IMG/VR virus record: IMGVR_UViG_3300032322_001069
Span: 1-64,000 of that record
Reading direction: 5' to 3' (one strand)
Origin: a virus
DNA length: 64,000 nucleotides
Shown: in pieces, positions 28,186-38,163 of the stretch
Layout: each line of letters starts with the position of its first letter
Numbering within the stretch: position 1 is the first letter of the stretch
Position numbers and translations under genes: made by a program
Notes under the pieces: model-generated
What the model saw: only the letters and a program-made list of their open reading frames with translations
What the model was told of the DNA's origin: nothing
Database searches by the model: none

Positions 28186-28826
28186 TTAATTTTTCTTAAG
28201 AAATCTGCAAAAAGTTTTATAGATTCTGCCTGTAGTTTTCTTGAAGGAGTTTTCTTTAAGGAATTGTGATATTCAGCAATCTGTTGTTCCTTGAGAATAC
28301 CGTTGTCCCAGATCCATTCTCTACCTTCCATGATTCCATTTACGAAAGCATTTGGGGCTGAAGGATCAGCAACAATATCGATAGCGGCAAGCATGAAGTC
28401 TTCTTTGACAACATTGACCCCGCCTCTCTTCTCTAGTGAACCCATTCCACGGGTTGAAACTCCGAGCTTAACACCTTCATTCATTAGATTTTTTACAATC
28501 TGTCCGCATGGAGTGTCAAGAATCTTAGCCTTCCCATAGAAATCATTGTTGTTTTCGTATAGCCAAGTTACCTTGTGAGATACGCGATCTAGATTAACTG
28601 AAGGTCCAGTTGGGTGATTTAGTTCACCGAGAGCACGGTTCTTGTTCACATATTCTGTGACATAACGCTGTGCTTCTTTAACAAGAATTGGCTTTGGATA
28701 AACTCTGCCATTTTTGTTTTTGGTTTCAGCCTGCATGAAAACGCCTTCGATGAAATGTTGTTTTTCACCATTAGCGTTTTCTGTCAGGTATGCTACTTCT
28801 TCAATTGTTTCGGTGATTAGTTTCAT
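28182..28826 (-). CDS. gp21: Prohead protease
   Basis: NKNGRVYP, ALGELNHP, GVSTRGMGS, DIVADPSAPNAFV. Confidence 0.97.
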   Translation of the reverse strand: MKLITETIEEVAYLTENANGEKQHFIEGVFMQAETKNKNGRVYPKPILVKEAQRYVTEYVNKNRALGELNHPTGPSVNLDRVSHKVTWLYENNNDFYGKAKILDTPCGQIVKNLMNEGVKLGVSTRGMGSLEKRGGVNVVKEDFMLAAIDIVADPSAPNAFVNGIMEGREWIWDNGILKEQQIAEYHNSLKKTPSRKLQAESIKLFADFLRKIK

Positions 28827-28829
28827 TTA

Positions 28830-29228
28830 TTATCCGTTATATGATAGACGAACATCAAATCCTGTAGGGGTCTGTGCTGGAGCTTGCATATTCATTCTGG
28901 GGGCTTCCTCTTCGCCCTCTTCTTCTTCACCTTCTTCTTCGCCTTCTTCTTCGCCTTCTTCCTCTTCGCCTTCGGACATAGCTTTTCCTATGGCCTTTCT
29001 GCGGTTTGTAAGATATTTGTCACTTTCATCGGAATCGCCGTCGTTATCAACATCTTCGTCTTCTTCCCCAACAGGGTCCATTGCCTCATTAAAAGTTGTC
29101 TTGGCAACGCGGACATACTCTTCAGCAAGTCTTTGACCGAGTTTTATGGTCAAATCTTCTGAAATTAAGTTTTTTGCAGCTACTGCATTTTCATCAAGGA
29201 TTGATAGAATGATCTTTTTTGCTTTCAT
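28830..29228 (-). CDS. Prohead core protein (gp67/gp68-like), acidic
   Basis: DPVGEEDEDVDNDGD..SDKYL..RRKAI motif; lies between gp20 and gp21. Confidence 0.75.
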   Translation of the reverse strand: MKAKKIILSILDENAVAAKNLISEDLTIKLGQRLAEEYVRVAKTTFNEAMDPVGEEDEDVDNDGDSDESDKYLTNRRKAIGKAMSEGEEEEGEEEGEEEGEEEEGEEEAPRMNMQAPAQTPTGFDVRLSYNG

Positions 29229-29243
29229 AGTGTTTTCCCTTTC

Positions 29244-29250
29244 TATTTAG
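29244..29250 (-). promoter_or_regulatory. Late promoter variant
   Basis: CTAAATA upstream of the SD and ATG 29228. Confidence 0.6.
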
Positions 29251-29262
29251 AATTTTTTAATA

Positions 29263-30807
29263 TTATGCTTGTTCTGGTTGTTCGCCCATAGCCTGTTGCA
29301 TTTGCATTTGTTCCATTTCGGCCTGTCTTTGTTTTGCAATATCAATCTGCATTTCTGCGTCAATTTGATTGATTTCTTCTTCAGTTTGCTTCAAAATATT
29401 CTTTCTGATATAGGCAGAAGAATAATATTTACCGATCATGGGTTCCATAGCAGCAGCTAATTCCATTCTTGCAGATAGAATTTCAGCATCTTTCATATCG
29501 TTAAAATATGAATCACGGGTGAAAGAGAAGTTTATATGAGGACTAATAACATCCCAGTCCTCTTCTGTTATTATGCCCTTCAAAATTAATTGAATTCTTA
29601 TAAGCTGAAGGAACATAGTTGAGAACTTATAACGCAATCTTTCAATAAATTTATAGAACTTGACCTCATCTCGCGTGATATCAGCCGATCTTCCGAGATT
29701 GAATCCGTTTTCCCCTACAAGTCTTGAGGGAGGAATATTCAAAGCGTAGTAGAGCTTTTTCTTAAAATATTCAACATCGGTCAATTCACCGAGATTCTGT
29801 CCCCCGTCTAGGGTAGAAATTTCAGTTCCTCTACCACCTTCGCGGCGAGGTAGCCAGTAATCTTCAATCATGGCCATCTGATTTCTATCGTCCTTTATTT
29901 CCCCCGTAGTCTGGTTGTAAATGAGCTTATTACGATACTTGTTCATAAGCTCACGGACATACTGTTCAGCCTTTTGCTTTGGTAGATTGCCGACATCGAT
30001 ATAGAAAATACGACGCTCTGGGGCGCGAGAAATGCGATATACGACTATCGCATCTTCGATCTGTCTAAGCATGTTTAGAGGTCTAATGGCCTTGTGAAGG
30101 TAACCAATGACTCTCTTGGTGTTCATATCCACCATTCCAGAATGCACAAAGCAGATTGAATCTGGGGATATCTTCAAACCAGATGTTGGCGTAGCAATAA
30201 CTGAGTTTTTATCTGTATTTGTATAAAGATAATATTCCTCAATATCCTGGATTAGAGATAAACTAGCCCCATCCTGTTTTGCATTTTTTGTCTTTAATTT
30301 TCTAACTTTTTTTATCTTGGTGGCATCAAGAGGAATCAATTGCTTGATTCCTTCACCAGGACTATTTGTATTGATAGTAATATAGTAAAATAATTTAGAA
30401 TCAATATACCATCTTCTAAAAATTTCATATCCTTTATCATTAAAATCTAATAATTTTAAGATATTATCGAATTCGTAGTATATTTTGCTCTTGATATTAT
30501 CTGAAAAATCAATTTTTGATAAATCAAGCTTTATTGGCTTTCTATCAAATCCCATTACTATTGATTCATTAGTAATTTCGTCAATTGCAGTATCACACTC
30601 TGGAAAAAGTGCCATTGCTCTATACTGAGCAATTAAAGCATTGTCGTTCTTCTGAGAACCCATGAAGTCAACGAATGTTCCGTAGACTCCTGCTCCTTCA
30701 GTTACATAAGCACCATCAAATTCTTCAGGTGTAGTAAAGTTTTGTAATGGAAGAATGTCTTCCTTATTTTTTTTACTTATCTGAAAACCAAATAGATTAA
30801 AGGCCAT
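29263..30807 (-). CDS. gp20: Portal protein
   Basis: YRISRAPERRIFYIDVGNLPK, EDYWLPRREGGRGTEI. Confidence 0.99.
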   Translation of the reverse strand: MAFNLFGFQISKKNKEDILPLQNFTTPEEFDGAYVTEGAGVYGTFVDFMGSQKNDNALIAQYRAMALFPECDTAIDEITNESIVMGFDRKPIKLDLSKIDFSDNIKSKIYYEFDNILKLLDFNDKGYEIFRRWYIDSKLFYYITINTNSPGEGIKQLIPLDATKIKKVRKLKTKNAKQDGASLSLIQDIEEYYLYTNTDKNSVIATPTSGLKISPDSICFVHSGMVDMNTKRVIGYLHKAIRPLNMLRQIEDAIVVYRISRAPERRIFYIDVGNLPKQKAEQYVRELMNKYRNKLIYNQTTGEIKDDRNQMAMIEDYWLPRREGGRGTEISTLDGGQNLGELTDVEYFKKKLYYALNIPPSRLVGENGFNLGRSADITRDEVKFYKFIERLRYKFSTMFLQLIRIQLILKGIITEEDWDVISPHINFSFTRDSYFNDMKDAEILSARMELAAAMEPMIGKYYSSAYIRKNILKQTEEEINQIDAEMQIDIAKQRQAEMEQMQMQQAMGEQPEQA

Positions 30808-30821
30808 TTATTTCTCCAATT

Positions 30822-31361
30822 TTAAATACCATTCACTTCATAATAATCAAACGCAAATGTAGCATTAAAAGTTACATACTCATCGTTCAACGACATATTT
30901 AGGTCGATTGGTCCAATCATAAATGGCCAGCAACCAGATAATGTAATACTTTTTAATACAGTAGAGCAATCCAGATCTAATTGTTCTACTATCCAACCAT
31001 CTCGTTTATAACTTACAGGATTTATTTGGGTTCCTGTGTTTAATTCGTGATTGTTTATAGAACTGCTCCAAGCATGTAGCTTGGACCAAAGAGGATTTGA
31101 ATTTTGCTCATTATCATCCAAAACAACAACATTCCAGTTTGTTCCGCCGGGTTGAGAACCGTAGATACGATCTCCAGGAACTAAAAGTTTTCTACCTCTA
31201 TGATCAAAAACATTTGTTAATGTAGCTGCTTGAGGCAAGCTGGCAGCACTAACCAAAAATTCATTCCATTCTCCGTTTGGAAATCTACCAGAAAGCCTAA
31301 AGCGATTTTTTCTAGTGCCACCAAAGAAACTATTTTTAAAATCATTTATTGATTGTGCCAT
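30822..31361 (-). CDS. gp19: Tail tube protein, paralogue 2
   Basis: GGTRKNRF, AASLP, GRKLLVPGDR, GCWP. Confidence 0.9.
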   Translation of the reverse strand: MAQSINDFKNSFFGGTRKNRFRLSGRFPNGEWNEFLVSAASLPQAATLTNVFDHRGRKLLVPGDRIYGSQPGGTNWNVVVLDDNEQNSNPLWSKLHAWSSSINNHELNTGTQINPVSYKRDGWIVEQLDLDCSTVLKSITLSGCWPFMIGPIDLNMSLNDEYVTFNATFAFDYYEVNGI

Positions 31362-31362
31362 T

Positions 31363-31881
31363 TTAGACTCCAGTATAGAAATCGTAATTCATTCTAACAG
31401 CAAAGGTGTTAAATGTGTTTTCTTTCATGTTGAATTGAACTGGAGCAACTAGAGCAGGCCAACACCCCTTTAGTAACATAGTTTTAATTACACTACCATT
31501 TAAATTTAAATGCTGCACTCTCCAATCCTTTTTCAAAGTATTGAAAGAGTCGTTTGAAGCAGTATGAGTATTATTTTTATGATCGTTTATCGATTTTTGC
31601 CATTGATGAAAAGACTTCCACAAATTTACATTTGCTCCAGTATCATCCAATACGATTATTTCCCAAGGATCATATTGCCTATCACCAGCAAAATTAATTT
31701 CTCTCCCTCTCCAAGGAATTGTTACCATTCCAAGGTTTGATGCGGGTAAATTTGCGGTTAAGATATGAAAAGTCGTTGTCGCGTTTACTGATCCTGCTGG
31801 CCATGTCCCAGTAATCAAAAAGCGATTGCGTCTAGTTCCGCCTTTAAAATTTGAGATAAACTGCGATAAAGTTGTTGCCAT
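31363..31881 (-). CDS. gp19: Tail tube protein, paralogue 1
   Basis: GGTRRNRF, ANLPAS, WRGREINFAGDRQYDPW, GCWP. Confidence 0.92.
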   Translation of the reverse strand: MATTLSQFISNFKGGTRRNRFLITGTWPAGSVNATTTFHILTANLPASNLGMVTIPWRGREINFAGDRQYDPWEIIVLDDTGANVNLWKSFHQWQKSINDHKNNTHTASNDSFNTLKKDWRVQHLNLNGSVIKTMLLKGCWPALVAPVQFNMKENTFNTFAVRMNYDFYTGV

Positions 31882-31884
31882 ATA

Positions 31885-33195
31885 TTATGTAGTAAAGCTC
31901 AATTCGACAAAATTTATACTTTGTGATGGCTTAATATACACATCTACATTCAGTTTTCTATTTAAAACATCAGTTTGGCTATTATTAGATCCATCGCAAA
32001 CTATTCTATACTCGTCAATTCCTTGATTTGCTACTATTGGTTGCAAGAAACTTTCAATCCTAAATTTTGTACTATTTCTAAGTCCCTCATCGTTTATTTC
32101 AAATAAAGCTGAATTTAGAATAGTTTTTACGCCAAAGCTAATATATGAAATTAAATTGCCATAAGATATAGATGTTTTTATTGGTGTTGCGCTTTGAGTT
32201 ATGCCACAAAAATCACTTAATAAGAAATATTCATTCACATTTGCTTGGTTTGGTACATTGAGAAATGTATTTAACCCTCTTGAATACACAATACCCAATG
32301 CACTGGTAGATGAGCCAGATAGATCAGATGGCGTATATGGAAGAATTTCTTCCGATGATGGTGCATTTTCGGCAGTAGTAAAATTTTGATTTAGTATTTT
32401 TCCTCTTTCAAAACCAGCTGGAGAATACCAAGGATATTGAGTGAAGGATCTAGACATTGCTCCTGCGGCATCTGAAACTAAAGAAATCGGAACATAATAT
32501 AAAGTCCCAAATTCACCAGTTACATCATCGCGGCTATAGTATCTTTGAATTAATTTTACTCCAGTAGAACAAAATACAAATGGTTTAAAATCTTCACTTA
32601 CCGTTTGCAACCCAGAAATTCTATTATAATCCGTATATTGAAGAGCAAAAGCTATATTTCTATTAGTAATATATTCGCTTTCTATAAAAATAGGACCGCA
32701 ACTAGGGCATGGATAATTTACTGTAGAATTAAAAATTACAGGAATTTTTGCTTCTATTAAAACATCAATTTGAGTAGATACTAATGATTGAAATCGTGGA
32801 TCGTAAATTATAAATTTTACAGAATTTTCGTTAAGAGATAATTTTAAGTTTGCTAATTTAGTTGCGGCATCGCCCGACATATCTACAAGAATAAGATTAT
32901 AATTGTAATGAAGAGCGTCTATGATAAAATTAATATAAAAATCTAGTTGTCTTGCTGTACTGCCTAAACCTATATTAGATGATATTTTAGAAATTAAATC
33001 TTCAAAATTGGCAAATCCAAGACTAGAAAAATTTCCATTTTTTACTAAATCTGTAAATGCATTTATATCAGTTATTTTTTTATATTTTTCAGTTATTCTT
33101 AAAAAAGAAAAAAACGCATTATAATCATAGATGAGCAAAGCAACATCTATGTCCTTTTTTGCTTCTATAGTTTTAAGCTGAAAAACTACTGACAT
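31885..33195 (-). CDS. gp18: Tail sheath protein, divergent paralogue 2
   Basis: PWYSPAGFERG, LFEIND, VCDGSNN, IKPSQSINFVELSF. Confidence 0.85.
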   Translation of the reverse strand: MSVVFQLKTIEAKKDIDVALLIYDYNAFFSFLRITEKYKKITDINAFTDLVKNGNFSSLGFANFEDLISKISSNIGLGSTARQLDFYINFIIDALHYNYNLILVDMSGDAATKLANLKLSLNENSVKFIIYDPRFQSLVSTQIDVLIEAKIPVIFNSTVNYPCPSCGPIFIESEYITNRNIAFALQYTDYNRISGLQTVSEDFKPFVFCSTGVKLIQRYYSRDDVTGEFGTLYYVPISLVSDAAGAMSRSFTQYPWYSPAGFERGKILNQNFTTAENAPSSEEILPYTPSDLSGSSTSALGIVYSRGLNTFLNVPNQANVNEYFLLSDFCGITQSATPIKTSISYGNLISYISFGVKTILNSALFEINDEGLRNSTKFRIESFLQPIVANQGIDEYRIVCDGSNNSQTDVLNRKLNVDVYIKPSQSINFVELSFTT

Positions 33196-34364
33196 TACGA
33201 TTGATTAACTGTAAATCTGAATGTGATGCTATTTACTGAGAAGTTGGGCTTGAAAGACAAATCTACTACGAATTGTCTTGCTCCAACCACAGCAGCATTA
33301 TTGTTTGATTCGTCGCAAACTACGGAATATGAAGAAATTCCTCTACCGGATTTAATGAATTCCATTATCGCAGTTGCCCCAGTAACAAATCTTGCTCTAG
33401 TTTCAGAATCATTGATTTCAAACAATACGGAATCAAGTAATGGTCTAAATGATCTCTTGATGTAGGTAATCAAGCGAGAGATGCCAACTTGTTTCTTATT
33501 GACATCTGTGGTTTCTGCTGTTTTATCGCCCAAGAGATAGATCCCCTCAGAACCGAAAAGACTATTGAATGAATTTATATTTTGGTTGTCTATTAAATTT
33601 GTAACATCGGTATCATTTAGTGTTGGGGTGAGAGCAATAATACTATTTACTTTTCCTCTATTGATTCCTGCTGGAGCAAACCAAGGATAAGAAACCGAAT
33701 CAGTTCTGGCAAAACAACCAGCAGCATCAGATGTCATTAGAATGTCTATGGGGGCAGTTTCGCCGCCATAAATTCTATTTCTAGATTTTCTACCAACTAC
33801 TGAATAGAAAAGATCTTCATAAAGAGTCACGCCATTGATTCCAGGAAGTGCATTAAAGGCCAATGCTGAGAAATTAGATGGATAAGATCCAGCAGATCCA
33901 GAATAATACTCATAAGAAGAACCTATAATACCAACACAATCTTGTCTTAGGGTTATTAAATTAATTACATCCCCGAATTTTGTATTGTTTTCACAGAAAA
34001 CAGAATCAATATTTAAATCGTTTCTATTGAGCTGCGTTGCCCCAGTTGCGGCTATAAGGATTCCGCCGTATTCAAGATAATTTAATGCTGCATGTAATTC
34101 TCTATCAGTAGTTACTCCACCAGTAAATCCTCTTCCAGATCCGGCAAAGCCAGAAGAAGTTCCGGCCAAAACAGATGAATCAAATTCTGAAAGCAATTCT
34201 TGAGAATTGTTATAAATTTTATATGATGGGACGGGATTATCTCCTTCTACTAATTTATTATAGAATGAAGCACCACACATAAAGGCAGAAATGTGAGCAG
34301 AAGCTTGTTCTGCTGCGGCAATTGTGATATTTGTTGCGTTTTCGTTTATATTAATCTGTGGCAT
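33195..34364 (-). CDS. gp18: Tail sheath protein, compact paralogue 1
   Basis: PWFAPAGINRG, GDKT, LFEIND, VCDESNN, KPNFSVNSITFRF. Confidence 0.9.
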   Translation of the reverse strand: MPQININENATNITIAAAEQASAHISAFMCGASFYNKLVEGDNPVPSYKIYNNSQELLSEFDSSVLAGTSSGFAGSGRGFTGGVTTDRELHAALNYLEYGGILIAATGATQLNRNDLNIDSVFCENNTKFGDVINLITLRQDCVGIIGSSYEYYSGSAGSYPSNFSALAFNALPGINGVTLYEDLFYSVVGRKSRNRIYGGETAPIDILMTSDAAGCFARTDSVSYPWFAPAGINRGKVNSIIALTPTLNDTDVTNLIDNQNINSFNSLFGSEGIYLLGDKTAETTDVNKKQVGISRLITYIKRSFRPLLDSVLFEINDSETRARFVTGATAIMEFIKSGRGISSYSVVCDESNNNAAVVGARQFVVDLSFKPNFSVNSITFRFTVNQS

Positions 34365-34367
34365 GTA

Positions 34368-36008
34368 TTATTCCTCGGTGAACCAAAGCGCATTATCCTC
34401 ACGAATGGCATTTTCTGGCATTTCTGGACCCATAAAAAATGTCGTATTCTCCTCGTCTTCTTCAGCTTTATGTATGATTTTTTTCCGTTGTAGTTCAATG
34501 ATCTCCTCAAAGTAGCCTTGGCGGGTTAGCCATCCAAAAAGAACAAGACACATAACCAAATCGTCCGTATAACCATCATCGGCGCAAAATGTCTGGTGTT
34601 TCGAAACAAATGTCATCAATTCTTGAATGATATCAAAATCTCTGACCAAGAGCCTATCTTGCTCAATTAAATTTTTTAAAACCGCACAACCCAGTTTTTT
34701 GACCGCAGAGCTGGTTCTTACGCCTCTTTGTTTTGTTCCGCGACCGAATCCCAAGGTTACTTTTTGTCCTGCGCGTCCCATCATCTGAGTCTGAATGATA
34801 TTTTCATACTCATAATCTTCATGCATGGCATCGGCAATCTGACCGCCGATATCGTTTACTTCAATCAGTAAGTGTGCGTTATTATATTTTATTGCCAGGT
34901 TGTAAAGTTCTGGTGGAACATCAAATGGAGATATAAGATTATTTCTATACCTCGCCACAACCTTATGAGGTTTTTCGGTGGAATCAACCACCACCATAGC
35001 CGTATAGTCTCTACCCTGACCTCTGGCGACATCGACCATGATGAAGTATGCATGGCCCTCAACTGGCTCGTCGTAGATATAAAGACCTCCTGGCTCCTTT
35101 GCCAGAGGTTTATCAAACTGAAGCAAATTTAGTTTGCTGGCACTAATCAGGGTATTTGACGAACCAAGGAACGAACATTCGAATTCCTGATCAAACTGCT
35201 GTTCGCTGGTCTGGGCAATCATCTGCTGCTTCCACTGCTCGTCACGCAGAGGCCCACCAGCGTACTTAGGAACCTGTCTCCAGGATACCTCTATTGGTAT
35301 GTACTCGTTCTTGCCCTCCTCGCCCTGCTTCCTTGTAGCCCCCTTCCAGAAGGAATAGAACATGTTGAGTCCGTTTGGGGTGGATACCATGAATACCTTC
35401 GTTGTTTGACCGGAGGTAATTGTAGGGTAAACTGAACTGAAGAACTCTTCTGCTATGTTTTGAGAGACATGGGCAAATTCGTCCAAGAAGATGAGGTTGA
35501 ATGATCCACCACGAACTGCCGATGAGGATGTGGCCGATGCCATGACCTTTGAGCCATTCTCAAGCTGAATGGATGTCTTGTTCCATTCGATGATGCCCTG
35601 CTGAAGCCATTTGGGAAGATACTCATAGGCCAGACGAAGACGGCCAAGAATTTCTCTAGCCGTATTCATCTTGTTGGCCAGAATACCGACGCTCATGCTC
35701 TGGTTGAAAAGAATATAGTGAAGAATGAACGCAACAATCGTTGTGCTCTTACCAGACTGACGCGGCAGCTTGGCAATAATATAACGATTGTCATGCATCT
35801 TGTTAATCATATCCTCTTGGTAATCATATAACTCAAAAGGAACAAGACCTTTATCAAGAGATACTACCTTGACATATTTCTTAATAAAGTAAATTGGGTC
35901 TTGGGAGCAACGAACATATTCCCGAATTTGTTCTTCGGTGAAGTCAATCTTTACTCCAGATTCTTTTAGATTTGGATTACCTAAGTAACCCTTAAATTTC
36001 CTTGACAT
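34368..36008 (-). CDS. gp17: Terminase large subunit
   Basis: YLGNPNLK, PRQSGKS, LDEFA, STPNG, DDLVM. Confidence 0.99.
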   Translation of the reverse strand: MSRKFKGYLGNPNLKESGVKIDFTEEQIREYVRCSQDPIYFIKKYVKVVSLDKGLVPFELYDYQEDMINKMHDNRYIIAKLPRQSGKSTTIVAFILHYILFNQSMSVGILANKMNTAREILGRLRLAYEYLPKWLQQGIIEWNKTSIQLENGSKVMASATSSSAVRGGSFNLIFLDEFAHVSQNIAEEFFSSVYPTITSGQTTKVFMVSTPNGLNMFYSFWKGATRKQGEEGKNEYIPIEVSWRQVPKYAGGPLRDEQWKQQMIAQTSEQQFDQEFECSFLGSSNTLISASKLNLLQFDKPLAKEPGGLYIYDEPVEGHAYFIMVDVARGQGRDYTAMVVVDSTEKPHKVVARYRNNLISPFDVPPELYNLAIKYNNAHLLIEVNDIGGQIADAMHEDYEYENIIQTQMMGRAGQKVTLGFGRGTKQRGVRTSSAVKKLGCAVLKNLIEQDRLLVRDFDIIQELMTFVSKHQTFCADDGYTDDLVMCLVLFGWLTRQGYFEEIIELQRKKIIHKAEEDEENTTFFMGPEMPENAIREDNALWFTEE

Positions 36009-36411
36009 CCTCTACCACCTTCGCATCAATCATTTCTATAGATTTATTCTTACTTCTTTCAGGGTTGATTAGATCCTGTAGATCACTAGTGGAGCCTATG
36101 AAGAATGAATTATTGTTTGTTGTTTTTATAGTGGTCTTATTTGCTTCGTTCTTTATCTTTTCAAGATCTATTAGATCTTTATTAATCTCAGACATTGTTT
36201 TCAGCATTTGAGTTACCACTTCGTATGCTCTGGGAGAATCGCCTTCAGTTGCAACTTTCATAATCCCTTCAAGAGCAAGCTTTGACTTCTCAATAATGTC
36301 GTACATATTGCGCTTGGCAAATTCAAAGTCCTTGTCTGGAGTTTGCTCAAGTACAATTTCTTTAGATTTTTTTGCTTCTTCAATATTAAAAAATTTATCA
36401 AGATTTTCCAT
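35992..36411 (-). CDS. gp16: Terminase small subunit
   Basis: DFEFAKRN, PRAYEV, FIGSTSDLQ. Confidence 0.95.
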   Translation of the reverse strand: MENLDKFFNIEEAKKSKEIVLEQTPDKDFEFAKRNMYDIIEKSKLALEGIMKVATEGDSPRAYEVVTQMLKTMSEINKDLIDLEKIKNEANKTTIKTTNNNSFFIGSTSDLQDLINPERSKNKSIEMIDAKVVEDVKEI

Positions 36412-36414
36412 AAA

Positions 36415-38163
36415 TTAACCTAAACATAGTTGATTTGCTACTTGTGTTATTGTAAATGTTCTAGATCCGACACTTGCACCATTTGTAATTCTTAAAGTAT
36501 AAACAAATGTTCCAGAAACATTAATACCACAGGCATTTAAATCTGTTACAATTGCACTGATTATTGCGGTATATTGGCCACTAGAAACTGAAGTTACACT
36601 ATTTGCAACTGTTGTTGTGTATATTATATTTGAATCAGAATCCAAAACTTGTATAGTAGTATTTGGATTTGCGTATGATGGTGCGCTCCATGTCATTCTA
36701 GATTGAAGCAAGGCATTAGATCCAGGTATTTTATAACTAGCAGTTAATGCAGGATTGACTGTTAATGTTATTGGACAAATTGCAACGCCATCGACATAAT
36801 TTACAATAAAAGAAACACTATCGGTCAATGCTCCATTTTCGACCTTGAATGTCCAAGCACTTAAATCGTTATAAACTGCACCACATGTACTTAGATCATT
36901 TGCTATTGCAAGAACAATATCGTCTATATCTTCAAATACCAATCTTTCTACGCCAGCATTTACAACCTTAGAATAGATCAAATTGTCTTCATCATCGAAA
37001 ATTTTAGCAGCCGTAGTAGCTCCTAAAACATTACTTTCATCCCAGAACAATTGTGTTGTTAATAGACTGTTTTGACTTGGCACTGAGTAATTCAGCAACG
37101 GCAAACCTGTATTAATCAACAAGCTTCTAACAGGCTCACACACTCCAGTACCATTAAAGCTATTGATTTTAAATGTCTTCGAATCACTGAGTTGACCGTT
37201 TTGAACAATCAGAGTGTAGGTTCTAAGACCAGTTACTACAGTACCGCAAGCGTTTAAATAATTCGCAATACTTTCAAGAACATCATTATACATCGCAGTT
37301 GTTAATGATTGTCTTCCTGCTTCTGTTGCTCCGGAATATAAAACTTCAGAATCATCGTTCAATACCAATACTGTTGTTGTTGAATTTGGAACATTTTCTT
37401 CTGTCCATATAAGATTACTAAACAAAACTTCTGTATCTGCTGGATAGTTATAATTAAATGCAGGGAGACTTGAATTTATAGTCAATGAGGTTACTGGAGG
37501 AACATAGTCTTCAGTCAACAAGTCAGCAATTCTTAGAGATGTGCTTGTTGGTGGATTGCCAGACTTTATTTCCCCAAAAACATAGCTGCTGGCAACAAAA
37601 ACCATAGTGCCGACGAGTATTCTTCTATTGTTGGTTAAAGCCCCTTCATAATCATCAAGAATTCTGAAATCTCTATAATTAATAGGAACATTTATATCAT
37701 TATATAATTCGTTGAAATTAATTCTTATATTGAATTCGGGATTGAAATATGGCAAAATTTGTTCTGCCATCTGAAGAATTTCTTCCATGCTTCTTGAATA
37801 AAAATAAACACGAAACTCTATATCAACTGGAGTTTCAGCAAATGATTTATAAGAAAGCCCAGAATTATCCATTCCCGTAGCTACTCTTAACTTATTTCTT
37901 TTTCTATTACGATCATATGCTACAGTATTCATCTCAAAACTCAAATATGGTAAATTGATTTGAGTTTTTACTTTATCTGTAATTGAAGAATTTGATTCCA
38001 ATCTTCTTAGAAATTTTTCCTTTGAAGCAAAAGTAATTGGTACTTTTATGTTTTCTTCTACTCCAGTCGTATCATTTTTTCTTGTTACATAAATTTGGTC
38101 AAACAATGAACCAAAGGCAACTACCAGTTTTCTAATAGATTGGTTGTTAAATGTATTGAACAT
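36415..38163 (-). CDS. gp15: Tail sheath stabiliser/terminator with three C-terminal Ig-like repeats
   Basis: IRKLVVAFGSLF, KVPI, EQILPYFNP; ~360 aa extension. Confidence 0.9.
   Translation of the reverse strand: MFNTFNNQSIRKLVVAFGSLFDQIYVTRKNDTTGVEENIKVPITFASKEKFLRRLESNSSITDKVKTQINLPYLSFEMNTVAYDRNRKRNKLRVATGMDNSGLSYKSFAETPVDIEFRVYFYSRSMEEILQMAEQILPYFNPEFNIRINFNELYNDINVPINYRDFRILDDYEGALTNNRRILVGTMVFVASSYVFGEIKSGNPPTSTSLRIADLLTEDYVPPVTSLTINSSLPAFNYNYPADTEVLFSNLIWTEENVPNSTTTVLVLNDDSEVLYSGATEAGRQSLTTAMYNDVLESIANYLNACGTVVTGLRTYTLIVQNGQLSDSKTFKINSFNGTGVCEPVRSLLINTGLPLLNYSVPSQNSLLTTQLFWDESNVLGATTAAKIFDDEDNLIYSKVVNAGVERLVFEDIDDIVLAIANDLSTCGAVYNDLSAWTFKVENGALTDSVSFIVNYVDGVAICPITLTVNPALTASYKIPGSNALLQSRMTWSAPSYANPNTTIQVLDSDSNIIYTTTVANSVTSVSSGQYTAIISAIVTDLNACGINVSGTFVYTLRITNGASVGSRTFTITQVANQLCLG
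36418..37494 (-). repeat. Three ~120-aa protein repeats (37132-37494, 36772-37131, 36418-36771)
   Basis: Each repeat: N..LP...Y..P....W...I.D.D..(L/I)Y...I...L..CG...(Y/W)T....NG.....F.....C. Confidence 0.85.

Noticed and set aside
28714-29162. Ser/Pro-rich and Phe-rich ORFs
   Set aside because: Antisense reading of the GAA-rich acidic tract of the prohead core gene
15428-36411. Introns, inteins or homing endonucleases in core genes
   Set aside because: uvsW, gp17, gp20, gp23, gp46 and gp47 have normal lengths with no insertions
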